Assembly (NCBI GenBank): GCA_965215605.1
Contig: OZ244070.1
Coordinates: forward strand, 96,001-160,000
DNA length: 64,000 bases
Direction of reading: 5' to 3'
DNA from: an uncultured Candidatus Binatia bacterium
GTDB lineage: Bacteria; Desulfobacterota; Binatia; UBA9968; JAJDTQ01
Below the pieces are notes generated by a model. That model saw only the letters and a list, made by a program, of their open reading frames with translations. It was not told the DNA's origin and searched no databases. Of the stretch, positions 7,894-19,857 are shown one piece after another (position 1 is the first letter of the stretch; each line of letters opens with the position of its first letter). A program made the position numbers and the translations under genes.

Positions 7894-10116
7894 ATGGCGG
7901 CAAACAGGATCGTGGGAGCTCCGGCGACGCGGGGCGAGGGTGAGGACAAGGTCTCCGGGCGGGCCCGCTACGCGGCGGACATGGCGGTGCCCGGCATGCT
8001 CTGGTGCAAGGTGCTCCGGAGTCCCATCGCCCACGGACGCATCAAAGCCGTCGACACCGGCAAGGCCCTAGCCGTGCCCGGCGTGCGGGCCGTGCTGACC
8101 GGGGCCGACCTCCCGGGCGCGCGCATCGGCAAGAAGATCATCGACATGCCGCTGCTGGCGGACGGAGTGGTGCGCTACATCGGCGAGAAGGTGGCGGCGG
8201 TGGCCGCCGACAGCGAAGCCGCGGCCGAGGCCGCCACGGCGCTCCTCGACGTGGAATACGAAGAACTGGAGGCGGTGGTGGATCCAGTGGAAGCCGCCAG
8301 GCCGACGGCGCCGCTGATCCATCCGGAGGTGACCACCTACCCCGGGCTGCTGCACCGGATGGACGCGCCCGGCAACGTCTTCGTCCGGCTCGAATGGCGC
8401 AAGGGAGACGTGGACGCGGCCTTCGCGGAGGCCGATCTGTTGGTGGAGAACACCTTCACGACGCCGATGCAGCACCACGGCTACATCGAGCCCCACTGCT
8501 GCATCGTGGCAGCCAAGGGCGAAGGCGCGGACGTGTGGGCGTCGACCAAGAGCCTCTTCGCCCTGCGCGACCACATGGCCGGCGCCCTGGGCATTCCGGC
8601 CCACAAGATCGTCGCCCATCCCGGCTACATCGGCGGGGACTTCGGCGGCAAAGGCGACGCCAACGACATCGCCCTCTGCTACGCGCTTTCCAGGAGCACC
8701 GGGCGCCCGGTCAAGTATCTGATGGACTACGCCGAGGAGTTGATCGCGGGAAACCCGCGTCACGCCTCGTTCACCACCGTCAAGACCGGCGTCAAGAAGA
8801 ACGGCCTCATCGTCGCCCAGCACATGCACCTGCTGTTCGACAGCGGCGCCTACGGTTCGTACCGCCCCCAGGGCTATCTGGTGGGCGCCCACAGCTCCGG
8901 AGGCCCGTACAAGATCGCCCACTTCCTGCTGGAGGAGAGCTACGTCTACACCAACAAGGTGCCGTGCGGTTACATGCGCGCCCCGGGCCACCCGCAGGGG
9001 TTCTTCGCCAACGAGAGCCAGCTCGACCTGGTGGCGCGCCAACTGGGCATGGACCCCGTCGAGCTGCGCCGCCTCAACTTCGTGCACGACGGCGACCTCG
9101 ACCCCGTCGGCGACCCCGTGGCGCACATCCAGCCGGACGAGACCCTGGACAGCGCCATCCGCGCCTCGGGCTTCCGCACGCCGAAGGAGAAGAACGTGGG
9201 ACGCGGCATCGCCGTGGCTCAGTGGATGTCCAAGGGCGGCGAGTCCTACGTCGATCTCCGGGTGGAAGCCGACGGCACCGCGACCCTCGGAGCATCGCTG
9301 GTGGACGTCGGCCCCGGCGCCTACACGATGATGCAGCAGGTGGTGGCCCAGGAGCTGGACCTGCCGCTGGAGGACGTGCACTTCGAGACCGTGGACACCA
9401 CCCGCGTGCTCAGGGACACCGGGGTTCGGGGCAGCAGCAGCACCCGCGTTCACGGAAACACCGCCCTCGATGCCGCGGACAAGGCACGTGCCGCGCTGCT
9501 GGCCGTCGCCGCCGAGCGCATGGGCGTTGCCGCTGGCGAGTTGGCGATCGTGAGCGGCGGCATCACCCATCTGCGCTCCGAAAGACGCATGACCTTCGCC
9601 GAGTTGGTGGCGGCCGCGGGCGGGCCGGTGGCCGTGACCGGCCACTACGCCAACCCCTCGGACGGTCCCGAGACCTCCATGGTGGCGCAGGTGGCCGAGG
9701 TGGAGGTGGATCCGGAAACGGGCCAGTACGAGGTGCGCCGGCTAACCACCGCCCACAACACCGGCACGGTGCTGAACCCCCTGGGCCATCAGGGACAGAT
9801 CGACGGCGCCGTGGTCATGGGACTGGGGTTCGCCCGATCCGAGGACATCGTGACCGACGCCGGCAAGGTGATGACGGCCAATCTCGGAGACTACAAGCTG
9901 CCGAATATCAAGGACATTCCGCGGTTGCGGACGGAAGTCACCGAAGCGCCGGTGGGCAGCGGGCCGTACGGCAGCATGAGCATCGGCGAAACCGCCGTCA
10001 TTCCCACCGCCGCGGCCGTGGCCAACGCGGTGCATGACGCCGTGGGCGTGCGGGTCAACACCCTGCCCGTCACCGCGGAGAAGGTCCACGAGGCCATCCA
10101 GGCCAGGCGCGGGTAG
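7894..10116 (+). CDS. Xanthine dehydrogenase family molybdopterin-binding subunit
   Basis: KVSGRARY, IGGDFGGK, YMRAPG, GQIDGAVVMGLG, SIGE motifs. Confidence 0.92.
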   Translation: MAANRIVGAPATRGEGEDKVSGRARYAADMAVPGMLWCKVLRSPIAHGRIKAVDTGKALAVPGVRAVLTGADLPGARIGKKIIDMPLLADGVVRYIGEKVAAVAADSEAAAEAATALLDVEYEELEAVVDPVEAARPTAPLIHPEVTTYPGLLHRMDAPGNVFVRLEWRKGDVDAAFAEADLLVENTFTTPMQHHGYIEPHCCIVAAKGEGADVWASTKSLFALRDHMAGALGIPAHKIVAHPGYIGGDFGGKGDANDIALCYALSRSTGRPVKYLMDYAEELIAGNPRHASFTTVKTGVKKNGLIVAQHMHLLFDSGAYGSYRPQGYLVGAHSSGGPYKIAHFLLEESYVYTNKVPCGYMRAPGHPQGFFANESQLDLVARQLGMDPVELRRLNFVHDGDLDPVGDPVAHIQPDETLDSAIRASGFRTPKEKNVGRGIAVAQWMSKGGESYVDLRVEADGTATLGASLVDVGPGAYTMMQQVVAQELDLPLEDVHFETVDTTRVLRDTGVRGSSSTRVHGNTALDAADKARAALLAVAAERMGVAAGELAIVSGGITHLRSERRMTFAELVAAAGGPVAVTGHYANPSDGPETSMVAQVAEVEVDPETGQYEVRRLTTAHNTGTVLNPLGHQGQIDGAVVMGLGFARSEDIVTDAGKVMTANLGDYKLPNIKDIPRLRTEVTEAPVGSGPYGSMSIGETAVIPTAAAVANAVHDAVGVRVNTLPVTAEKVHEAIQARRG

Positions 10117-10257
10117 GAGTCCGGCGGCCCGATCCGGTGTCCTGTCCGGGGGCTGAGCGCCGGCGGAAACTTGACGGGCACCCTGCCCGCTGTTATCTGA
10201 AAGAGACGGATTGCACCGCCGCCATCAGGCGATGCGGCCCCCACATGCAAGACATGA

Positions 10258-11124
<867 letters not shown>

Positions 11125-11129
11125 GTGTA

Positions 11130-11603
11130 TTGTCCGCCAAGTTGGCCGCCGACTTCCACATAATCTCCCTGACCCTTCATATCGGCCTCGTGGTGGCCCT
11201 CTGGCGCATTCTGCTGCCCGCCTTGAGGGGGGATTCCTCGCGAGCAAGCCGGACGGAGTCGCTGGTGCGGGTGCTGCGGGTCTACAACCCGGTGCAGATC
11301 GGTCTGTTGGGCATACTGACACTCACCGGCGCCTCCCGGATCACGGACCTCAAGGCGCTGCACGGCGCCGCCTACGCCGAGTTCGGCGCCGCTCTGGCCG
11401 TCAAGCTCCTGCTGGCGTTCTTCGTCATCATGCTGGGCACCTGGCAGTGCATGGGCATCGCCCATCGCTTCGTCAGGCTCCACGAATCCCCCGAGGGGGT
11501 GCCGCCGGAGGGCGCCGACGCGATCCTGCGGAAACTGGACCGGTCGTCGGTCATCATGATCGTCTTCCTCGCGGCCACGGTGCTGTACGGCCTCTCCCTG
11601 TAG
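11130..11603 (+). CDS. Four-TM membrane protein (CopD/DUF4149-like); start uncertain
   Basis: Hydrophobic segments, LAVKLLL pattern; TTG start just after ferredoxin stop. Confidence 0.55.
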   Translation: MSAKLAADFHIISLTLHIGLVVALWRILLPALRGDSSRASRTESLVRVLRVYNPVQIGLLGILTLTGASRITDLKALHGAAYAEFGAALAVKLLLAFFVIMLGTWQCMGIAHRFVRLHESPEGVPPEGADAILRKLDRSSVIMIVFLAATVLYGLSL

Positions 11604-11700
11604 GGACAGCCACCCCAAGCCGACCGGCCGATGGGGTCCCGCGGACCCGTCCCGTTTGACAACGAAACGCTTACCGGTTATTGCTCATGGGCACCACCGC

Positions 11701-12072
11701 ATGATTCCAGCCAAAGACAACAAGGGAACGCCCGAGACCAAGGCCGGGAAGGCCGCTCGCAGCACAAAGCTCAAGCCACGGCCGAAAGGCGCCGCCAACG
11801 ATTCCCGCACCGACGACGTCGAGGATCAGGATCTCCCGGGCGACGCCACCGGGCGGCTGAAGATCAAGCGACAGTACCAAGACCTCCTGGGGATCCGCGT
11901 CGAGAAGCTCAAGGGGCGTGTGCTCAACCGGGAGAAGATCAACAAGACCATCGAGGGCATCTACTACATCTGCCTCGAGTGCAAGAGAATCTGCCACAAC
12001 CTGGACGAAGGCCTGGTCCAGGACCCCGAGACCAAGATCTGCTACTGTGAGACTTGCCGCAAGAAGAAGTGA
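11701..12072 (+). CDS. Hypothetical protein with Cys-rich C-terminus (possible Zn finger)
   Basis: CLECKRIC...CYCETC; good codon usage; start uncertain. Confidence 0.6.
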   Translation: MIPAKDNKGTPETKAGKAARSTKLKPRPKGAANDSRTDDVEDQDLPGDATGRLKIKRQYQDLLGIRVEKLKGRVLNREKINKTIEGIYYICLECKRICHNLDEGLVQDPETKICYCETCRKKK

Positions 12073-12100
12073 TTGCCGGTGCCGACGGGCGGCGCGAGCG

Positions 12101-12126
12101 CGGGCGGGTTTGAAAACCGCCCCTAC
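12101..12126 (-). repeat. GTAG-type REP-like palindrome, copy 1
   Basis: Reverse strand GTAGGGGCGGTTTTCAAACCCGCCCG; similar copies at 42864 and 44643. Confidence 0.75.
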
Positions 12127-12971
12127 ACGCCTTCTTCCCGCGGCACAGGTTGCTCGAGGGGCTCGACCCGCCGGGCGGTGGTGACGAAGCCGGTGTGGGC
12201 CACCATCCGGTGCTGCGGCCGGACGCTCATTTCCTTGACGTGCCAGTAACGCACCAGCGTCTCCATGGTGTCGATGCAGGCGAACCCGCCGTGCTCCTTC
12301 AACGAGTCGACGAATCCCTTCACCTGAAGCACCGTGGGCACGTAGCCCATGAACACCCCGCCGGGCCTGAGCGCCCGCCACGCGAGATCGGTCTGCCGCC
12401 AGGGCTCCGGAAGATCGAGAAAGATCCGGTCGACGGTGAGGTCGCGGAGGCCTTCGGTGACGTCCCCCACCTCCAGCGTCCATTGGGGCGCCGCGCCGTA
12501 ATAGCGGGCGACGTTGCGTTCCGCCGCCCGCGCATGCTCCTCCCGGATCTCGAAGGAGATGACCCGCCCCTCCGGCCCCACGGCCCGCAGGAGCGCCAGC
12601 GTAAGCGCCCCGGGACCGACCCCGGCCTCCACCACCGTGGCGCCCGGATAGACATCCCCCCACATGAGGATCAGCGCCAGATCCTTGGGATAGATCACCT
12701 GGGCCTTGCGCGGCAGGTTCGGGATCAGGCGCTCGAGGGTGGGACGCAGCACCACGAACCGCTCCTTGTGCGAAGACCGTACGCTGACGCCGTCCGGCTT
12801 GCCCAGGAGGTCGTCCACCGCGATGGTCCCGCCCCGGATGGAGATGGTCTCGCCGGCCCGAAGCGTCTTCAGGTACTCCCGGTCCTTGCGGTCGAAGAGA
12901 ACCACCGAGTCGCCGTCCCGAAGGGGCTCGCCGGTGGCGCCAAGGCCATTGAACGTGGTTGAGGTGGAAAT
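12123..12971 (-). CDS. trmI: tRNA (adenine-N1)-methyltransferase TrmI/GCD14 family; start uncertain (ATT at 12971 or GTG at 12905)
   Basis: PRKAQVIYPKD, VVEAGVGPGALT, FLDLPEPW, RPQHRMVAHTGF. Confidence 0.9.
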   Translation of the reverse strand: MSTSTTFNGLGATGEPLRDGDSVVLFDRKDREYLKTLRAGETISIRGGTIAVDDLLGKPDGVSVRSSHKERFVVLRPTLERLIPNLPRKAQVIYPKDLALILMWGDVYPGATVVEAGVGPGALTLALLRAVGPEGRVISFEIREEHARAAERNVARYYGAAPQWTLEVGDVTEGLRDLTVDRIFLDLPEPWRQTDLAWRALRPGGVFMGYVPTVLQVKGFVDSLKEHGGFACIDTMETLVRYWHVKEMSVRPQHRMVAHTGFVTTARRVEPLEQPVPREEGV

Positions 12972-12991
12972 GGCGCCCTCCCCGGGTCCGA

Positions 12992-14176
12992 TCAGGAGTT
13001 GGCGGCCTTCGACTTCCCGGCGGCATGCCAGATCGTCACGAGCACGGTGAAAAACAGCATCGGCATGGCGCCGATATTCACCCAGTTCCAGCCCAGGAAA
13101 TGGATGAACGCGCCGGATGACAGCGAGCCGACGGCGACCACCGTGTAGATGATCTGATTCATCATGCCCTGCGTCTTGTTGCGTTCGGCCGGGCTGTAGG
13201 CCGTTGTCATCAGGGTGGTCGCGGCCGTATAGGTGAAATTCCAGCCAAGCCCGAGCAAGACCATCGCCAGCCAGAAATTGAGGACCTCGATGCCCAACAG
13301 GGCCACGCCGATACAGGCGCCCTGGAGGGCGAGTCCGGTCAAGATGATCGGTATCTCCCCGAACCGCTTCACCAGCGAACCGGTAAAGAAGCCGGGCGCG
13401 AACATCGACACCGAGTGCGACGAGATCACGGCGGCCACCGAGCCGAAGGCGTGGCCGCCGTGCGCGATCATGGCCACCGGCGTTGCCGTCATCAGAAAGT
13501 TCATCACGGTTTGAGCAACCGTCGCCGAGACGGCGGCGACAATGAACACCGGCTGCTTGACGATTTCCAGCAACGGCCGTTGCGCGCCTTCCAATTGCTC
13601 CTTGGTCAGGTTCGGGATGTTGAGGAACATCAGCGTGATCGCCCCCAGCAGCCCGGTCCCGACCATGAACAGGAATGCGCCGGCAAAAAGGTGGCTTTCC
13701 AGGAGCCCTTTGCCCCAGTTCGCCAGATTGGGGCCCGCGAACCCGGCAAAAACGCCGCCGGCGAGCACCAGGGAAATGGCCTTGGGGCGGAACTCCTTCG
13801 AGGCGGCGTCCGCGACCGCGAATCGGTAGAGTTGGGAAAAACTGGAAAACAACCCGTACAGAAAGCCGCCCAGCGCAAGCAGCCAGAAGTTCCCGTAGAT
13901 GACGGCGGCGGTACAGGATACCCCGCTGGCCGCGGCCAGGACGGTGCCGCAGAGGAAACCGATCTTCCGTCCGAACCGGCGCGTGAACAGCGAGGTAGGC
14001 ATGGCGGCCAGGGCGGCGCCGACGACGATGAGCCCGGTGGGCAAGGTGACGAGCGCCGGGTGCGGTGTAATCAGAAGCGCGACAGCGGGAGATGTCACCA
14101 TGAAGAGGCCGCGCCCCGTGCCGGAGAGCATTTGGCAGGTTCCGAGGACCAGGACGTTCTTATGATCGGATTGCAT
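12992..14176 (-). CDS. MFS transporter
   Basis: Start MQSDHKNV; RRFGRK, YRFAVAD, KAISLVLAGG; about 12 TM. Confidence 0.9.
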   Translation of the reverse strand: MQSDHKNVLVLGTCQMLSGTGRGLFMVTSPAVALLITPHPALVTLPTGLIVVGAALAAMPTSLFTRRFGRKIGFLCGTVLAAASGVSCTAAVIYGNFWLLALGGFLYGLFSSFSQLYRFAVADAASKEFRPKAISLVLAGGVFAGFAGPNLANWGKGLLESHLFAGAFLFMVGTGLLGAITLMFLNIPNLTKEQLEGAQRPLLEIVKQPVFIVAAVSATVAQTVMNFLMTATPVAMIAHGGHAFGSVAAVISSHSVSMFAPGFFTGSLVKRFGEIPIILTGLALQGACIGVALLGIEVLNFWLAMVLLGLGWNFTYTAATTLMTTAYSPAERNKTQGMMNQIIYTVVAVGSLSSGAFIHFLGWNWVNIGAMPMLFFTVLVTIWHAAGKSKAANS

Positions 14177-14264
14177 GGCTTTCCCTGTCCCGGAGAAGCG
14201 GTCGTCTGCGGCGGCTCGCAAGCCAAGGGCGTACCTGAAATGTCCGTGATATCGACAAGATGGC

Positions 14265-14357
14265 TGGCGGAGAGGAGGGGATTCGAACCCCTGGTACCCT
14301 TTTGAGGTACACACGATTTCCAGTCGTGCACCTTAAGCCAGACTCGGTCACCTCTCC
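14265..14357 (-). tRNA. tRNA-Ser(GGA)
   Basis: GGAGAGG/CCTCTCC acceptor stem, anticodon arm CACGA-CTGGAAA-TCGTG, long variable arm, GGTTCGAATCC, encoded CCA. Confidence 0.97.
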
Positions 14358-14526
14358 GGCGTGGGTCGGGAAACGGTTTGAGCACGTCCACCCGTCTCCG
14401 CAAGAGCGAATCCCGCGAAAACGATCCTCCCCGAGTTTCTAGCATTACAGCGAGAAATTGGCGACTCCGCGTGACGCCGGAGAGATACTGCCGCTGGAGA
14501 GCCGGTGAATCTTCGACGTTGGCCGT

Positions 14527-15513
14527 TCAAGTCGCTATGTCCCTGGCCCAGTCGCGGTTGCGGCGGTACCAGTCCACCAGCTCCCCCACGCCGGTGGCGA
14601 AATCCGTATCGGGCTGCCAGCCGAGCAGCCTCCGGGCCTTGGCGATGTCGGCCCAGGTGGCATCGACGTCCGCCGGGTGCCGCTCCTGATGCCGAATGGC
14701 CGCCCGGCGGCCGACGAGTTGCTCGATCAGCCGGATGGCGTCGTTGAGGACGATGGGTTCGTCGGAGCCCAGGTTGACGACTTCGTGGCCGGAGCCGGCC
14801 GTGAGCGCGGCCACGACGCCGTTGGCGACGTCGTCGACGTAGGTGAAGTCCCGCTGCTGGCTGCCGTCGCCGAAGACCGTCACCTCCCGGCCCTCGCTGA
14901 TCCACTGGACGAACCGGAAAAGGCTCATGTCGGGCCGGCCCGCCGGCCCGTAGACGGTGAAGAAACGGAGCACCGTCACGTCGAGGCCGTGGAGGGCATG
15001 ATAGCTGTAGCTCATGGCCTCGGCGGCCTTCTTCGAGGCGGCATAGGGCGACAGCGGCCTGTCGGTGTCGGCGTCCTCCCGGAAGGGACGGGGGTTGTGC
15101 TGGCCGTAGAGGCTCGAGGTGGAAGCGAGCACAAACCGGCCGATCTCCAGTTCCCGGCACAGCTCGAGCAGGTTCAGGTTGCCGGTCACGTTGGTGTCCA
15201 GGTAGACCCACGGGTCCGCCACCGAGTTGCGCACCCCGGCCCGGGCGGCCAGATTGATCATGGCGTCCACCCTGCCCCTCCCCGCCGTCGACCGACCGAA
15301 GGACCTCAGAGCCTCCCGGTCGCCGATGTCCAGGCGGGTGAACGTGAACCCGGACCGCTTCCGGAGTTGCGCCAGACGCCAGTCCTTGAGGCGCATGTCA
15401 TAGGCTTCGTTGACGTTGTCGACGCCGATGACGGCAAGGCCGCCGGCAAGGAGCTTCTCGCACACCTTCCAGCCGATGAAGCCGCAGGCTCCGGTAACGA
15501 GGATGGTGCTCAT
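14527..15513 (-). CDS. NAD-dependent epimerase (UDP-glucuronate 4-epimerase-like)
   Basis: TGACGFIG, LAARAGVR, SPYAASKK, FFTVYGPAGRPDM, RDFTYVDD. Confidence 0.92.
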   Translation of the reverse strand: MSTILVTGACGFIGWKVCEKLLAGGLAVIGVDNVNEAYDMRLKDWRLAQLRKRSGFTFTRLDIGDREALRSFGRSTAGRGRVDAMINLAARAGVRNSVADPWVYLDTNVTGNLNLLELCRELEIGRFVLASTSSLYGQHNPRPFREDADTDRPLSPYAASKKAAEAMSYSYHALHGLDVTVLRFFTVYGPAGRPDMSLFRFVQWISEGREVTVFGDGSQQRDFTYVDDVANGVVAALTAGSGHEVVNLGSDEPIVLNDAIRLIEQLVGRRAAIRHQERHPADVDATWADIAKARRLLGWQPDTDFATGVGELVDWYRRNRDWARDIAT

Positions 15514-15717
15514 GAAGTCGAACGCCGGGATGACGGATTGGTCGTCATTTGGTCGGTGGGGCGACCCGTGGCGGTCGCTGACGGGAGGGGGCGGCCCGCT
15601 TGAATATTGGTGACGCTATTGTTAGTCGGAACCACGTTCACAAGTCAAGGAAGCCGGCGAACGGCGGCCCACGATCCCCGGGTCGTTCCCCCGCGCGCGG
15701 GCGTTCCTGCCGCGACC

Positions 15718-16179
15718 ATGAAAATCCTGCTCCAGAGAGTCGAACGCGCCGAGGTGAGCGTGGACGGCGAGACGGTCTCCGCCATCGGGCCGGGTCTGTG
15801 CGTGTTTCTCGGGGTCGGCAAGGGAGATTCGGAGAAGGACGGGGCGTTCCTGGCGGACAAGCTCCTCAACCTCCGCATCTTCTCCGACGAGTCCGGCAAG
15901 TTCAGCCGTTCCGTCACGGACACCCGGGGCGACATCCTGGTGGTTTCCCAGTTCACCCTGTACGGCGATACCCGCAAGGGGCGGCGTCCCTCGATGACGG
16001 ACGCGGCAGCCCCGGTAGAAGCGGAACGGCTCTACCGGGACTTCGTGGATCGGCTGACCCTGCCCGGCGGGCCGAGGATATGCACCGGCACTTTCCAGGC
16101 CGCCATGAAGGTGTCGCTGGTGAACGACGGGCCGGTCACCTTCCTGGTCGACAGCGCCGAACCGCGAAAAAAACCATGA
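15718..16179 (+). CDS. dtd: D-aminoacyl-tRNA deacylase
   Basis: MKILLQRV start, SQFTL and NDGPVT motifs. Confidence 0.95.
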   Translation: MKILLQRVERAEVSVDGETVSAIGPGLCVFLGVGKGDSEKDGAFLADKLLNLRIFSDESGKFSRSVTDTRGDILVVSQFTLYGDTRKGRRPSMTDAAAPVEAERLYRDFVDRLTLPGGPRICTGTFQAAMKVSLVNDGPVTFLVDSAEPRKKP

Positions 16180-16195
16180 AACGCAGCGGAACGCC

Positions 16196-16648
16196 ATGAA
16201 CGTCGTGCTCTTCGAACCTGAGATCCCGCCCAACACCGGCTCGGTGGCGCGGCTTTGCGCCGCGACCCGGACCCGGCTGCACCTCATCGAGCCGTTGGGC
16301 TTCGAGATCGACGACAGGCACCTCAAGCGGGCCGGCCTCGACTACTGGCCCCACGTGGACCTCCGGGTGCACGGCTCGTGGGAGGAGTTCACCGGCCGTA
16401 ACCGCCGGGCACGCATGCGCTATTTCTCCAAAAAAGCCGTAACATCGTATACTTCGGCCCAGTTCGACGAGGATGATTTCCTCGTGTTCGGACCCGAAAC
16501 CCGGGGCCTGCCGGAGAGCCTGCTCCACGCCAACGAGTCCGACAGCTACGTCATTCCCATGATGAACGCCGCCGTCCGCAGCCTCAACCTCGCCAATGCC
16601 GTATCCATCGTGCTCTACGAGGGCCTTCGTCAGCTCGGAAGGGTCTAA
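16196..16648 (+). CDS. trmL: tRNA (cytidine/uridine(34)-2'-O)-methyltransferase
   Basis: PEIPPNTG, LKRAGLDYW, FGPETRGLP, RSLNLAN. Confidence 0.95.
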   Translation: MNVVLFEPEIPPNTGSVARLCAATRTRLHLIEPLGFEIDDRHLKRAGLDYWPHVDLRVHGSWEEFTGRNRRARMRYFSKKAVTSYTSAQFDEDDFLVFGPETRGLPESLLHANESDSYVIPMMNAAVRSLNLANAVSIVLYEGLRQLGRV

Positions 16649-16672
16649 AACGAGCCCTTCCCGCCCGTGGGA

Positions 16673-16699
16673 TTGACTGACGCGCTGGACGTGCTTAAT
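16673..16699 (+). promoter_or_regulatory. Putative promoter (TTGACT-N15-CTTAAT) upstream of NEW3/ABC operon
   Basis: AT-rich intergenic region; near-identical motif at 24087-24113 on minus strand. Confidence 0.45.
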
Positions 16700-16742
16700 T
16701 ATACGTGATCATATTTCGACCAAATTTCGGAGGGTTTTATCT

Positions 16743-17968
16743 ATGAGCATCCGAAGAGTTCATCTTGTCTGGCTGCTGCTGGCCGCGCTGGTGGCCTTCT
16801 GGCCGTTGTCGGGCACATCGCATGAGACCTCGGAGACCGCCGCGCCGCCACCCGACATACCGGACGACCAGAAAGAACCGTTCGAACTGATCATGGCCTA
16901 CACGAACATCACCGTGGGGCCGGGTCAGGAATTCGAGATGGACGCCGAGGTCGTCAACCCGAGGAAGGCGAGTGTGCGGGTGGCGTTGGAGGCAACCTCG
17001 CTGCCCGACGGGTGGACCGCCGCGTTCCATTCCAGGTACCCGAGCTATCCGGTGGGCGGCATCATGGTCCAGGGCGGCAAGAACACCACCCTGGAACTCA
17101 AGATCAAGCTTCCCGACGACGTGGAGCCGGGCAACTATGAGGTGGCGGTAACCGCCAGGGACGACAAGGGCGAGAAGACGGAGAACGCCAAGATTGCCTT
17201 TAACGTCTCCGCCAAGAAGGTGGACACCGGCGGCCTCAAGATGGAGAGCCAGTACCCGGTGCTGAGCGGCAACACCAGCCAGACCTTCAAGTTCGGCATC
17301 GACCTCAAGAACGAGACCGACAACCCGGTGACCACTGCCCTGGCGGCCCAGGCGCCGCCGGGCTGGGTGGTCAAGATCAAGCCTCAGTTCGAGGAGACGC
17401 AGATCTCCTCCATCGCGCTCAAGAAGGATTCGAGCGAGACCCTGAGCGTCGAGATCCAGCCCCCGCTGCTCGGGGAGCCCGGTGACTATCCGGTGGTGGT
17501 CAGGGCCCGCTCCGGCGGTCTCTCCGCCCAAGCGGACCTCAAGATCTCGCTGTCCGGCACCCAGGAGCTCGACATGGGTACCGCCACGGGCCGGTTCAAC
17601 GCGTCAGTGACCGCCGGAGAGCAGTCCCAGGTGGATTTTCTCGTGGCCAACGCGGGCACGGCGCCGCTCACCAATCTCTCCTTCATCTCATCGAAGCCGG
17701 ATCAGTGGGAGGTCAACTTCAAGCCGGACAAGGTCGACTCCCTGAATCCCGGGGCACTCCGCGAGGTGAAGATGGAGATCACCGCCCCGGACCGGGCCGT
17801 AGCCGGCGACTACATGCTCGCCGTCACCACCAACAGCCCGGACACCAACAAGTCCATCAACTTCAGGGTCACGGTGTCGACGCCCACCATCTGGGGTTGG
17901 ATCGGCGCTTTCATCGTGGCGGCCGTGGTGCTTGGACTGGCGGCAGTCTTCATCCGGCTGGGACGGAG

Positions 17969-17972
<4 letters not shown>
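16743..17972 (+). CDS. NEW3/NPCBM-associated Ig-like repeat membrane protein (COG1470-like)
   Basis: Signal peptide, three Ig-like repeats with PxGW..PGxY pattern, C-terminal TM + GRR. Confidence 0.8.
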
Positions 17973-18901
<929 letters not shown>

Positions 18902-18903
18902 CG

Positions 18904-19833
18904 ATGCTCGTCGTTTATTGGAAGGAGCTCCAGGATCATTTCAGCAGCCTCCGCTTCATGATCCTGCTCGCCCTGATCATGCTGCCGGGGATATTGTCCG
19001 TCTACATTGCGGGGCAGGCGATCCAGCAGTCGGTGCAAAGCAACCCGACGGAGTACGTCTTTCTCAGGCTTCTCACCACCGAGTCCCTCTTCTTTTCGCT
19101 TGCCACGTTCCTGGGCCTCTTCGGCCCGCTGGTGGGCATCACCTTGGGATTCGACAGCATCAGCGGTGAATACGGACGGGGGACGCTGAGCCGCGTGCTG
19201 TCACAGCCCATCTACCGGGACAGCCTGATCAACGGCAAGTTCCTGGCCGGCTTGACTACCTTGGCCATCCTGTGGGTGTCGATCCTGCTGGTGGTGCTCG
19301 GTCTGGGCATCACCCTCATCGGCTATTTCCCCAATGCCGAAGAGCTGTGGCGGATGCTCTTCTTCGCCATCATCGGCATCTCCTACACGGGCTTCTGGCT
19401 GGCCTTGGCCATGCTGCTCTCCATGGTGCTCCGGAGGACGGTCACCGCGGCGCTCGCCGCCATCGCCCTGTGGCTCTTCCTGGGAATCTTCATCGGCGTG
19501 CTCTCCGGTTTCGTGGCCGGACTGATCATCCCGACTCCGGGGACCGCCGAAGAGGCGGCCCGGCTCGCGACCATCGAAACGGTCCTTGGGCGCATGTCCC
19601 CGAGCCTGCTCTACAGCGAATCGGTGCGGCTGCTGCTGAATCCGGTGGCGCGGACCCTGATCCCGATCCTGCCGGAACAGCTCGCCCAGCTCGAAAGTCT
19701 GATCGTCGCGCCCCTCAGCCTCGGCCAGAGCCTGCGCCTGATCCTGCCCATGTTCTTCACGCTGGTGTCGCTCGTGGCAGTGTGCTTCGGCATCGCCTAC
19801 ATCAAGTTCATGCGAACGGAAATCCGCGCCTGA
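18904..19833 (+). CDS. ABC-2 type transporter permease
   Basis: GFDSISGE..GTLSRVLSQPIYR..GKFL motif; multiple TM. Confidence 0.9.
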   Translation: MLVVYWKELQDHFSSLRFMILLALIMLPGILSVYIAGQAIQQSVQSNPTEYVFLRLLTTESLFFSLATFLGLFGPLVGITLGFDSISGEYGRGTLSRVLSQPIYRDSLINGKFLAGLTTLAILWVSILLVVLGLGITLIGYFPNAEELWRMLFFAIIGISYTGFWLALAMLLSMVLRRTVTAALAAIALWLFLGIFIGVLSGFVAGLIIPTPGTAEEAARLATIETVLGRMSPSLLYSESVRLLLNPVARTLIPILPEQLAQLESLIVAPLSLGQSLRLILPMFFTLVSLVAVCFGIAYIKFMRTEIRA

Positions 19834-19857
19834 TACGGGAGCGCAGACTCCGACGGC

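Noticed and set aside
7894-10116. Aerobic CO dehydrogenase (coxL) call
   Set aside because: Active-site loop reads YMRAPG, not AYxCSFR or AYxGAGR; generic Mo-hydroxylase
14177-14314. 46-aa N-terminal extension of the MFS ORF
   Set aside because: Overlaps tRNA-Ser; true start is most likely ATG at 14176
14265-14357. tRNA-Ser as an island integration site
   Set aside because: No duplicated tRNA 3' end seen and no integrase nearby; flanks look like core genes
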